Assembly: GCA_964291675.2 (NCBI GenBank)
Contig: OZ219865.1
Location: forward strand, 736,001 to 800,000
DNA length: 64,000 nt
DNA from: Alphaproteobacteria bacterium
Lineage (GTDB): Bacteria > Pseudomonadota > Alphaproteobacteria > MPNO01
Reading direction: 5' to 3'
Positions within the stretch are counted from its first letter, which is position 1. Every line of letters starts with the position of its first letter. The notes under the pieces were generated by a model. It made no database searches. It worked only from the letters and a program-made list of their open reading frames with translations, and was not told where the DNA came from. Shown here in pieces: positions 1 through 9,031 of the stretch. The position numbers and the translations under genes are program-made.

Positions 1-942
1 GATGCGGCCGAGGTGTTCGCCAGGGCGGACCTGATCGTGAAGGTCAAGGAGCCGCAGCCCGAAGAGATCGCCATGCTGCGCGAGGACCAGGTGCTGTTCA
101 CCTTCCTCCACCTCGCGCCCGACCGGGCGCAGACGCAGGGCTTGATCGAGTCCGGCTGCATCGCCATCGCCTACGAGACGGTGACCGACGAGTTCGGCGG
201 GCTGCCGCTGCTGGCGCCGATGAGCGAGGTCGCCGGCCGCATGGCGGTGCAGGCCGGCGCGCATTGCCTGGAGACCGAGCATGGCGGGCGCGGCATCCTG
301 CTCGGCGGGGTGCCCGGCGTCCGTCCCGGCAGGGTGGTGGTGATCGGCGGCGGGGTGGTGGGCACCAACGCCCTGCTGGTCGCCAACGGATTCGGCGCCC
401 AGGTCACCGTGCTCGACACCTCGCATCGCCGTCTCGCCGAGCTCGATCTCGAATTCCGCAGCCTGATCACCACCCGCCAATCGCAGGCGGATTCGATCGA
501 GCAGGAGGTCCTCGAGGCCGACCTCGTTATCGGCGCGGTGCTGGTGCCCGGCGCCGCCGCGCCCAGGCTGGTGACCGGCGAGATGGTCGCGGCCATGAAA
601 CGCGGCTCGGTCATCGTCGACGTGGCCATCGACCAGGGCGGGTGCTGCGAGACCAGCCGTCCGACCACCCATTCGGACCCGAGCTTCGTGGTCGACGAGG
701 TGGTGCATTACTGCGTTGCCAACATGCCGGGCGCGGTCGCCAGGACCTCGACGCTGGCGCTGAACAACGCCACCCTGCCCTTCGTCCGCAAGCTCGCCGT
801 CGAGGGCTGGCGCGAGGCAATGCTGGGCGATCCGCATCTGCTCAGGGGGCTCAACGTCTATCGTGGGCGGCTGACCCACGGCGCGGTGGCGGAGGCGCAG
901 GACCGCGATCACGTCCCGCCGCAGGAGGCGCTCGCCGCCTGA
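1..942 (+). CDS. ald: Alanine dehydrogenase (5' part lies outside the window)
   Basis: Frame is open from base 1. Motifs [39 protein letters not shown] and [11 protein letters not shown] are typical of AlaDH. Confidence 0.95.
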   Translation, partial: DAAEVFARADLIVKVKEPQPEEIAMLREDQVLFTFLHLAPDRAQTQGLIESGCIAIAYETVTDEFGGLPLLAPMSEVAGRMAVQAGAHCLETEHGGRGILLGGVPGVRPGRVVVIGGGVVGTNALLVANGFGAQVTVLDTSHRRLAELDLEFRSLITTRQSQADSIEQEVLEADLVIGAVLVPGAAAPRLVTGEMVAAMKRGSVIVDVAIDQGGCCETSRPTTHSDPSFVVDEVVHYCVANMPGAVARTSTLALNNATLPFVRKLAVEGWREAMLGDPHLLRGLNVYRGRLTHGAVAEAQDRDHVPPQEALAA

Positions 943-1024
943 GCGTCCGGCGCACGCCGTTTCGCGGCCCTGCGCGACGCGATAGGATGCGCGACCCGCG
1001 AGAACCGCCCGGAAGGCACTTGCG

Positions 1025-1921
1025 ATGGAGCTGCGCAGGGTCGGCGTGATCGGCCTCGGTGCGATGGGCCGCCCGATGGCGGAGCATGTCGCGCGGGCGG
1101 GTTACGCGTTGAGACTCCACGACACCGAGCCGGGGCGCGCGGAAGAAGCGGCGCGGGCCACCGGCGGACAGGTCGCCAACGGCCCCGCCGGGGTGGCCGC
1201 CGGCTCGGATGTCGTCGTCACCATGCTGCCGACCGGCGGCGACGTCGCCCGGACCGCGCTGGACCCGGACGGGCTCGCTGACGGGTTCTCCGGCGATGGA
1301 ATCCTCATCGACATGAGCTCGTCCGAGCCCTCGGGCACGGTCGCGCTCGCCGCGGCGCTGGCCGAGCGCGGGGTCGCCATGATCGACGCGCCGGTCTCCG
1401 GCGGGCGCAAGGGGGCGGTCGCGGGCACGCTCACCATCATGGCGGGCGGCGACGGGGTCCTGGTCGAACGCTGCCGGCCGATGCTGGGGGCGATGGGCGA
1501 GCGCGTCGTCCATACCGGACCCATCGGCTCCGGGCATGCGCTCAAGGCGCTCAACAACACGATCAGCGCGGCGGGGTTCCTCGCCGCCGTCGAGGCGTTC
1601 CTGGTCGGCAGGCGGTTCGGGCTGGAGCCCGAGACCATGGCCGAGGTGGTCAATGCCTCGACCGGCATGAACAACGCCACGCGCAACAAGCTCGCCCAGT
1701 TCGTGTTCTCGCGCAGCTTCGATTCGGGGTTCTCGATGGACCTCATGGTCAAGGACCTCGACATCGCGCTCGACCTCGCCCGGGATACCGCGACCGCCGT
1801 CCCCCTCGCCGCGCTCAGCCGCGAGATCTGGGCCCAGGCGCAACAAAGCCTCGAGCCCGGGCGCGACCACACCGAAATCGTCCGCTGGCTGGAACGGCTC
1901 GCCCGCGCGGAGCTGCGGTGA
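1025..1921 (+). CDS. NAD(P)-dependent beta-hydroxyacid dehydrogenase (3-hydroxyisobutyrate dehydrogenase family)
   Basis: GVIGLGAMG Rossmann motif, DAPVSGG, GSGHALKALNN catalytic Lys motif, FSMDLMVKDL. Confidence 0.9.
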   Translation: MELRRVGVIGLGAMGRPMAEHVARAGYALRLHDTEPGRAEEAARATGGQVANGPAGVAAGSDVVVTMLPTGGDVARTALDPDGLADGFSGDGILIDMSSSEPSGTVALAAALAERGVAMIDAPVSGGRKGAVAGTLTIMAGGDGVLVERCRPMLGAMGERVVHTGPIGSGHALKALNNTISAAGFLAAVEAFLVGRRFGLEPETMAEVVNASTGMNNATRNKLAQFVFSRSFDSGFSMDLMVKDLDIALDLARDTATAVPLAALSREIWAQAQQSLEPGRDHTEIVRWLERLARAELR

Positions 1922-2835
1922 ACGGCAAGCGGGCGCCGAGCGCAAGCGCCTATCGTCCCAAGCTCGACAATCTGCGCGGCATCCTGTGGATGCTGGCCGC
2001 CGTCACCCTGCTGACCGCGATGTTCGCGATCATCAAGCAGATGGCGACCGAGCTTCCGTTCTTCGTGGTCGCGCTGATGCGCACCTCGGTGGCGCTGGTC
2101 ATGTTCCTCCCCTGGCTGGTCCGGGTCGGCCCGGCGGGCATCGCGACGCGCCGGTTGAAGACGCATTTCCTGCGGGCGTTCTTCGGGATCGCTTCCTTCG
2201 CCTGCGTCGTCTACGCGGTCGGGCGGCTGATGCTGTCGGACGCGATGGTGCTCTCCTTCACCTCGCCCTTCTGGTCGATCCTGCTGTCCGGCCTGATGCT
2301 GGGCGAGGTCATACGCCGCGACCGGACCTTCGCCACCGTCGCGGGGTTCGTCGGCGTGGTCATGATCGTCAAGCCGCACGGCGAGATCGACCACGCGATG
2401 CTGGTCGCGCTCGGCAGCGCGGTGCTCACCAGCGGCGCGATCGTCTCGCTCAAGAGCCTGTCGCGGACCGAGCCCCCGGCGCGGATCGTGTTCTACTTCT
2501 TTCTCTTCGGCACCCTGTTCTTGCTGCCGCCGGCGCTGCTGACCTGGGAGACGCCGGACTGGCGCCAGCTCGGCTGGCTGATCGCCGCGGGCGTGCTCGG
2601 CGGCGTCGGGCAGAATTTTCTCGCCCGCGCCTACGATGCCGGCGAGGTGACGATCATCGCCCCGCTCGACTTCCTGCGCATGCCGCTCGCCGCCCTGTTC
2701 GGCTTCGCCGTGTTTGCCGAAATCCCCGACATCTGGTCGGCCGCGGGCACGGCTGTGATAGTTTCGGCCCTCCTGTTCATCGCCCGTCGCGACGCGGTCG
2801 AGCGGCGGCGCCAGCGCGAGGGGCCCGGGTCATGA
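1918..2835 (+). CDS. DMT/EamA family transporter
   Basis: About 10 hydrophobic segments in two repeats. GTG start overlaps the upstream stop (GTGA). Confidence 0.88.
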   Translation: MNGKRAPSASAYRPKLDNLRGILWMLAAVTLLTAMFAIIKQMATELPFFVVALMRTSVALVMFLPWLVRVGPAGIATRRLKTHFLRAFFGIASFACVVYAVGRLMLSDAMVLSFTSPFWSILLSGLMLGEVIRRDRTFATVAGFVGVVMIVKPHGEIDHAMLVALGSAVLTSGAIVSLKSLSRTEPPARIVFYFFLFGTLFLLPPALLTWETPDWRQLGWLIAAGVLGGVGQNFLARAYDAGEVTIIAPLDFLRMPLAALFGFAVFAEIPDIWSAAGTAVIVSALLFIARRDAVERRRQREGPGS

Positions 2836-3929
2836 GCGGCGAAGTTCTCTCCGACCTCGTTTCGTTTCCGGTGCGCGCCGATCTCGACCGGGCCTGGCGC
2901 CGCGCCTGGGAACACCTCGCCCGGCCGGGAACCTGGTGGACCGGCGCGGAACGGCTCGCCATGGTCGCTTCGTGCCGCGAAGCGCCGGAATGCGCGCTCT
3001 GCCGCGAACGCGCCGCCGCGCTCTCCCCCTTCGCCGTCGACGGAACCCACGATTCGACCAGCGCCCTGCCGGACAACGTCGTCGAGGCGATCCACCGCAT
3101 CCGCACCGATTCCGGGCGGCTGACGGAGGCCTGGTTCCGAAAGACGGTCGGCGGCGGGTTGAGCGAGCCGGAATATGCCGAGATCGTCGGCGTGGTCTCC
3201 ATCGCGACGGCGCTGGATACGCTGGCGAAGGGGCTCGGCATGGCGCGCCCCGCGCTGCCCGAACCGGTGCCCGGCGGGCCGTCGCGCTATCTTCCGGCGA
3301 AGGCGCGGCGGGGTCTCGCCTGGCTCCCCACGCTCGAACCCGAAGACATCGCCCCAGGCGAGCCCAACCCCTATGGCGACAAGACAGGGGAGCTCGTTGC
3401 CAACATCCACCGCGGGATGAGCCTGGTGCCGGCCGAGGTCGCGGCGTTCTTCGAGCTCGACGACGCGATCTACCTGCCGCAATTCGCGCTCAAGGACTTC
3501 GCCACCGAGTACCGCGCGATCGGCCACGCGCAGATGGAGCTGCTCGCCGCCCGGGTGTCGCTGATCAACCGGTGCCGATACTGAACCGCCGGACACGTCA
3601 TGCTGCTCCGTGAGAGCGGCAGGCATCGCGGCGAGAGCTACTCGCTCGACGGGGTCTCCGGGGACGGCGACAGCGGCGTGCCGCATGGCCGCCTGCTGCT
3701 CGACTTCGCCGAGGCGGTGGTGGGGGGCGCGGACGCGGCGATCCCTCCCGCCCGGCGCGCGCTGGCGGCGGCGGTCGGCGAAGCGGGCTTCGTCGATGCC
3801 GCCGGCGTGGTTGCGTCCTTCAACGCCGTGGTGCGGATCGCCGATGCGACCGGCATCCCGGTCGAGCCGTTCAAGCTGGAGCGGACCGTCGAGGAGCGCG
3901 CCGCGCTCGGCATTGACGACTGGCACTGA
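2832..3929 (+). CDS. AhpD/alkylhydroperoxidase-related selenoprotein; in-frame UGA at 3582-3584 probably read as Sec (C-R-Y-U-T). Without readthrough it is two ORFs, 2832-3584 and 3600-3929
   Basis: ATG 2832 overlaps the DMT stop (ATGA). PGTWWTGAERLA, CALC and QMELLAARVSLINRCRY are AhpD-like. The downstream ORF is in the same frame, with no stop between 3585 and 3600. A hairpin follows at 3601-3621. Confidence 0.8.
3601..3621 (+). promoter_or_regulatory. Candidate bacterial SECIS hairpin
   Basis: TGCTGCTC-(CGTGA loop)-GAGCGGCA, an 8-bp stem with one G-U pair. The loop starts 24 nt after the UGA and has G at its second position. Confidence 0.65.
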
Positions 3930-3935
3930 CGGCCT

Positions 3936-4658
3936 GCGTCCTTCGATACGCCCGCCTCCGGCGGGCTACTCAGGATGAGGGCTGGTTGGTGCGGCTCAAG
4001 AGAAGCTCCCTCACCCTGAGTAACCCCGGACTTGATCCACTGCTGTCCGGTTTAGATTTTCGGCGCGGGCTCCGCGCCCGTGAACATCTGCATCTCCGCT
4101 CCCGCTGTCACCCCTACGTCATGGCCGGACTTGATCCGGCCATCCACGCGGCCTCTCCGCCCGCACGACGGTCCGACGAGAGGGGCGGCGGCGCCCATGG
4201 ATGCCCGGATGGAGTCCACTGCTGTCCGGTTTAGCCTTCGACGCGCGTCGCGCCCGGCGTTTCCCGTCCCATCACCATGCCCCCCAATCGTCATGCCCGG
4301 ACTTGATCCGGGCATCCACTGGCGCCGCCGCCTCTCCCGACGGGGCGTTGTACCGGTGGCGCCAGTGGTTGCGCGGATCAAGTCCGCGCATGGGTGGCCG
4401 GATCAAGTCCGGCCATGACGGGGTGGTGGTCGCGGTGGAGGAGTACGGGAGCCGGGGGCGGCCCGCCCCGCCCGTGGGTGCCCGGAACGAGGCCGGCGTG
4501 ACAACAAGAGGGGCAGGGACGGCAAGTGCGGGCGTGCGGCGATCCGTGTCCCGATCCGGCGGATGCGCCGATATCCCGCCCGGAACAAGGCTTTGCGCCC
4601 GGTCCAGCTCATCCAAACCGGACAGCAGTGGACTTGATCCGGGGCGTATCGAAGGGCG
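3936..4658. repeat. Cluster of REP-like palindromic repeats (CGTC-type and CCTCATCCTGAG...CGTATCGAAGG type) between convergent genes
   Basis: Units at 3936-3980, 4008-4037 plus 4631-4658 (split), 4118-4146, 4290-4318, 4371-4391 and 4392-4419. Core is ccGGACTTGATCCgg or its reverse complement. Confidence 0.9.
4038..4630. mobile_element. Non-autonomous MITE-like element (593 bp) with 20-bp TIRs and a 9-bp target duplication
   Basis: Left end CACTGCTGTCCGGTTTAGAT (4038-4057) and right end ATCCAAACCGGACAGCAGTG (4611-4630) match at 19/20 as inverted repeats. GACTTGATC lies on both sides (4029-4037, 4631-4639). An extra left-end copy is at 4217-4234. Confidence 0.85.
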
Positions 4659-4660
4659 CC

Positions 4661-5788
4661 TCAGCGTTCGCCGATCGGCGGCACCGGGCGCTGCGCCACG
4701 CCGGTATAGGCGCTGAGCGGGCGGATCAGCCGGTTGTCGAGGTTCTGTTCGAGATAATGCGCGGTCCAGCCGGTGATCCGGCTCATGACGAAGATCGGCG
4801 TGAACATCTCGATCTCGAATCCCATCATGTGATAGGACGGGCCGGCGGGAAAATCGAGGTTTGGATAAATCCCCTTCTCCTCGATCATCACCTTCTGCAG
4901 CCCGTCGGACATGCGGATCCAGGTATCGTCGCCCTTCCACGCGGCGAGGTCCTCGAGGCAGCGGCGCATGGTCGGCACGCGGGAATCGCCCGATTTGTAG
5001 ACCCGGTGGCCGAACCCCATCACCAGCCGCTTGCGGGCGATGGCCTCGTGCATCCACTCCTCGGCGATGTCGGGGTCGCCGATTTCGAGGAACATCTTCA
5101 TCACCGCCTCGTTGGCGCCGCCATGCAGCGGGCCCTTGAGCGAGCCGATGCCGCCGGTGACCGCGGAAAAGATGTCCGAGCGGCTGGATGCGATGGTGCG
5201 GACGGTGAAGGTGGACGCGTTGAAGCTGTGCTCGGCATAGAGGATCATCGACGTGTCGAAGGCCTTTATGACCTCGGGCGGCGGCACCTCGCCGAAGCAC
5301 ATGTTGAAGAAGTTCTCGACCATCGGCAGGTCCTCGCGCGGCGCGATTCGCTTCCCGCCGGTGCGGAACCGGTAATCCGTGGCGATCATCGTCGGGATCT
5401 TGGCCAGCAGGTCGAGCGCGCGGTCGCGGTCGGCCAGCTCCGGCTCGCCGCCCCAGGCGATCTCCATGGTGCCGAGATAGCTCACGGCCGTGCGCAGCGC
5501 GTCCATGGGATGGGCGGCGGGCGGGAAACGGCGGATCACCTCGATATGGGCGTCCGAGAGCTCGCGCCGCGTCGCCTCCATGGCCTTGAACTGGTCGAGC
5601 TCGTCGGCGGTGGGCAGCTCGCCGCGCCACAGCAGCCAGGCGACTTCCTCGAACGAGGCTTCGGCGCAGAGCTCCTGCACCGCGTATCCGCGATAGGTGA
5701 GCGAGTTGGTCTCCGGCACCACCTTGGAGATCGCGGTGGTGTCCACCGTCACCCCGGCGAGGCCTTTCTGGATCTGCGGCTCGGCCAT
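4661..5788 (-). CDS. prpC: 2-methylcitrate synthase
   Basis: KGLAGV, LTYRGY, EHSFNASTF, GPLHGGANE, GFGHRVYK and YPNLDF. Sits in an operon with prpB and prpD. Confidence 0.92.
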   Translation of the reverse strand: MAEPQIQKGLAGVTVDTTAISKVVPETNSLTYRGYAVQELCAEASFEEVAWLLWRGELPTADELDQFKAMEATRRELSDAHIEVIRRFPPAAHPMDALRTAVSYLGTMEIAWGGEPELADRDRALDLLAKIPTMIATDYRFRTGGKRIAPREDLPMVENFFNMCFGEVPPPEVIKAFDTSMILYAEHSFNASTFTVRTIASSRSDIFSAVTGGIGSLKGPLHGGANEAVMKMFLEIGDPDIAEEWMHEAIARKRLVMGFGHRVYKSGDSRVPTMRRCLEDLAAWKGDDTWIRMSDGLQKVMIEEKGIYPNLDFPAGPSYHMMGFEIEMFTPIFVMSRITGWTAHYLEQNLDNRLIRPLSAYTGVAQRPVPPIGER

Positions 5789-5814
5789 CCGACCCTCCCT
5801 TCTTCCGCCTGCCT

Positions 5815-6708
5815 TCAAACCTTGAAGTTGAAAAGGCTCTGGTCGAATCGATTGTAGTCCTCGTAGCGCAGCAGCTCATAGAGCCGCTTGCGGGTCTGCA
5901 TCCTCGGCACGGCGTCTTCCTGGGTACCGTGCGCCTTCAGGACGTCGAGCCCCTCCTCGACCCCGAACATGGCGAGGCGGAGCGTGGTCACGGGATAGAT
6001 CGCGATGTTGTAGCCGAGCTCGACCAGCCGGTCGCGGGTGAGCAGCGGCGTCTTCCCGAACTCGGTGAGGTTGGCGAGCAGCGGCACCGGGATCGCCGCC
6101 CGGAACGCCTCGTATTCCGGGATCGTGGTGAGTGCTTCCGGGAAGATCGCATCGGCGCCCGCGTCGACATAGGCCCTGGCGCGGTCGATCGCCGCCTCCA
6201 GCCCCTCCGACGCCTTGGCATCGGTCCGGGCCATCAGCAGGAAGTTGGGATCGCGCCTGGCGTCGGAAGCGGCGCGGATCTTCTGCGCCATGTCCGCGGC
6301 CGGGATCAGCACCTTGTTGTCGAGATGCCCGCAGCGCTTTGGGCTGAGCTGGTCCTCCAGATGGCATCCCGCGAGCCCGGCATCCTCGATCTCCAGGATC
6401 GAGCGCGCCGCGTTCATCGGCTCGCCGAACCCGGTATCGAGGTCGATCAGCGCCGGCAGGTCGGTCGCGCGGGCGATCTGGTGGCCCCGCGCGGTCACCT
6501 CGGGCAGCGTCGTCAGCCCGATATCGGGGAGCGCGAGATCCGCCGACAGCGCCGCGCCCGAGATGTATATGCCGTCGAAGCCCTTCTCCTGGACCAGCAC
6601 CGCGACCAGCGGCGAGAACGCGCCGGGCAGTTGCAGCAGCGCCCCGGACTCGAGCGCCGCGCGGAACGCGGCCCGCTTCTCGGCCGCCGTCCTGGTGGCG
6701 AACAGCAT
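5815..6708 (-). CDS. prpB: Methylisocitrate lyase
   Basis: LPDIGL, DLDTGFG, HLEDQLSPKRCGHL and ANLTEFGKT. The ATG overlaps the prpD stop (TGATG). Confidence 0.93.
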   Translation of the reverse strand: MLFATRTAAEKRAAFRAALESGALLQLPGAFSPLVAVLVQEKGFDGIYISGAALSADLALPDIGLTTLPEVTARGHQIARATDLPALIDLDTGFGEPMNAARSILEIEDAGLAGCHLEDQLSPKRCGHLDNKVLIPAADMAQKIRAASDARRDPNFLLMARTDAKASEGLEAAIDRARAYVDAGADAIFPEALTTIPEYEAFRAAIPVPLLANLTEFGKTPLLTRDRLVELGYNIAIYPVTTLRLAMFGVEEGLDVLKAHGTQEDAVPRMQTRKRLYELLRYEDYNRFDQSLFNFKV

Positions 6709-8219
6709 CAGAATATCCCCCTGTCGTCGCGCTCGGCGTTGACCAGCCCCGCCGGATCGACGGCCACGTTGAGGCCGCCGAGGTCTTCCGGCCCGAGATC
6801 CGGCAGGCGCTGGACCAGGTCGAGGAAGCGGCGTTGCTCGTCCGGCGCGGCGATGCCGTCGGCCAGGGTCTCGAACTTGTGCACGTAGTCGGCCCGCGCG
6901 AAGGGCCGCGCGCCGGCCGAATGGGCGTTGGCGACGGCGAGCTCGTCGACGATCGTCTCGCCCGATTTGAGCTCGATCTCGAGCCTGCCGCCGAAGGCGC
7001 GCCGGTTGGGGTCGGGCTCGTGGTAGCGCGCGGTCCATCCCGGGTCCTCGACGGTCGAGATCTTGTGCCACAGCCGCACCGTGTCGGGACGCGCGGCGCG
7101 TTCCGGCGCGTAGGAGCGGATGTGGTGCCACTCGCCGTCCTGCAGGGCGACCGCGAGGATGTACATGATGCTGTGGTCGAGGGTCTCGCGGCTCGCCCCG
7201 GGGTCCATCTTCTGCGGATCGCCGGCGCCCGTTCCGATCACGTAATGCGTGTGGTGGCTGGTGTGCAGCACCAGGCGCTCGATCGCCTCGAAGTCGGCGA
7301 TGCGGTCCCGCATGCGGAAGGCGAGGTCGATGATCGCCTGGCTCTGGTACTCGGCCGAATGCTCCTTGGTGTAGGATTCGAGGATCGCGCGCTTGGCCTC
7401 GCCCGGGGCGGGCAGCGGCACGGTGTACTCGGCGTCCGGCCCGTCCAGCACCCGGGCGATCACGCTGTCCTCGCCCTCGTAGATCGGCGAGGGCGCCCCC
7501 TCCCCCCGCATCGTCCGGTCGACCGCCTCGATGGCGAGCTTGCCGGCATGCGCCGGGGCGAACGCCTTCCAGCTCGAAATCTCGCCCTTGCGCGACTGCC
7601 GCGTGCTCACCGAGGTGTGCAGCGCCTGCTGCACCGCCTGGAAGACGGTCTCGGTCGGGAGCCCCAGCAGCGTGCCGAGCCCGGCCGCCGCGGACGGCCC
7701 GAGATGGGCGATGTGGTCGATCTTGTGGGCGTGCAGGCAGATCCCCTTCACCAGGTCGATCTGGATCTCGTAGGCGGTCGCGATGCCGCGCACCAGATCC
7801 TCGCCGCCGCGCCCCGTCTGCTGCGCGACCGCGAGGAGCGCCGGGATGTTGTCGCCCGGATGGGAATAGTCGGCGGCGAGAAAGGTGTCGTGGAAGTCGA
7901 GCTCGCGAACCGCCGTCCCGTTCGCCCAGGCGGCCCATTCGGCGGCGAAGCGGCGCGCGGGATCGATGCCGAACACCGCCGCCCCGCCCTCGCGCGGATG
8001 GGCCAGCGCCTGGGCGCGGGCGGCGGCGACCGGCCCCCGGTTGAGCGCCGCGACCGCGACCGCCGCGTTGTCGACGATCCGGTTGACCGCCATGTCGACG
8101 ACCGCCGGCTCGACCGCGACGGGATCGGTCGCAACGGCCGCGATTTTCCACGCGAGCTGGTCTTCACGGGCTAAAGCAGTCTTCGAAGGATAAACCTTAA
8201 CGGTATGATTGATAGTCAC
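6708..8219 (-). CDS. prpD: 2-methylcitrate dehydratase (MmgE/PrpD)
   Basis: [41 protein letters not shown]. First gene of prpDBC. Confidence 0.92.
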   Translation of the reverse strand: MTINHTVKVYPSKTALAREDQLAWKIAAVATDPVAVEPAVVDMAVNRIVDNAAVAVAALNRGPVAAARAQALAHPREGGAAVFGIDPARRFAAEWAAWANGTAVRELDFHDTFLAADYSHPGDNIPALLAVAQQTGRGGEDLVRGIATAYEIQIDLVKGICLHAHKIDHIAHLGPSAAAGLGTLLGLPTETVFQAVQQALHTSVSTRQSRKGEISSWKAFAPAHAGKLAIEAVDRTMRGEGAPSPIYEGEDSVIARVLDGPDAEYTVPLPAPGEAKRAILESYTKEHSAEYQSQAIIDLAFRMRDRIADFEAIERLVLHTSHHTHYVIGTGAGDPQKMDPGASRETLDHSIMYILAVALQDGEWHHIRSYAPERAARPDTVRLWHKISTVEDPGWTARYHEPDPNRRAFGGRLEIELKSGETIVDELAVANAHSAGARPFARADYVHKFETLADGIAAPDEQRRFLDLVQRLPDLGPEDLGGLNVAVDPAGLVNAERDDRGIF

Positions 8220-8374
8220 CTTATCGACTCCGATCCTGCTTAGCGGTTATGGGATCATACCCCGATGCGAGACCGGGTCCAATCGCGTTCGCACCGCATG
8301 TTGTGGCCGCCCGGACGGTGTGATTAGGTAGCCGCGCCGCCTTGCGTGAGGGGCGCGCGACATCGGGAACCTCA

Positions 8375-9031
8375 ATGCCGGACCACCTGCTCCGTCTCTC
8401 GCGAGACGACTTCGATGCGAATGCCGCGCTCGACGCGGCGCTGCCGGCGGCGATTCGGGCGATCTACGTGGCCGGCGGCATGGTCTCGATCCGCGCCGGC
8501 GGCGGGACGGCGACGCTGTCGGCGAACTCGGCGCTGTTTCACACCGGCCCCCTGTCCATCGCCGCCAGCGGCCAGGGGGCCTGCCTGCTGCGCTACGAGC
8601 TCGACCCCGGCGACGGCGTGCCGGCCGGCGCGGGCGTGAGGTCGGAGCAGAAGCTGGAGGCGACCCTCCCGCTCGACGACCCGGAGGGATACCTGCTGCG
8701 CTGCGACAAGGTCGAGCTGCCGCCGGGCGGCATCGCCTATACCCACACCCACCAGGGCGGCGGCATACGCTGCCTGCTGAAGGGCGGGTTCAACGTCCTT
8801 GTGCACGGCGAGACCACCGGGCTCGGCGAATTCGACGCCTGGTTCGAAGCCGGCCCGGACCCGGTCTATGCCTGGGCGCCCGACGACGCGCCGGGGCATT
8901 TCTCGCGGGTGATGATCCTGCCGCGCCGGCTCAAGGGCAGGAGCTCGATCCGCTACGTCGACCCGGCGGACGCGGACAAGCCCAAATTGCAGAAATACAC
9001 CGTGTTCGTCGACGAGTTCATCGAGACATGA
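8375..9031 (+). CDS. Cupin-fold protein
   Basis: LPPGGIAYTHTHQGGGIRCLLKG and WFEAGPDPV resemble cupin motifs. Overlaps the next gene (ATGA). Confidence 0.7.
   Translation: MPDHLLRLSRDDFDANAALDAALPAAIRAIYVAGGMVSIRAGGGTATLSANSALFHTGPLSIAASGQGACLLRYELDPGDGVPAGAGVRSEQKLEATLPLDDPEGYLLRCDKVELPPGGIAYTHTHQGGGIRCLLKGGFNVLVHGETTGLGEFDAWFEAGPDPVYAWAPDDAPGHFSRVMILPRRLKGRSSIRYVDPADADKPKLQKYTVFVDEFIET

Noticed and set aside
3936-4658. Possible CRISPR array
   Set aside because: Repeats alternate in orientation, vary in sequence and spacing, and no cas genes are present. The pattern fits REP/MITE.
3986-4716. Short ORFs within the repeat region
   Set aside because: They are translations of palindromic repeats (MAGLDPAI, MPGLDPGI), with no transposase or other domain.
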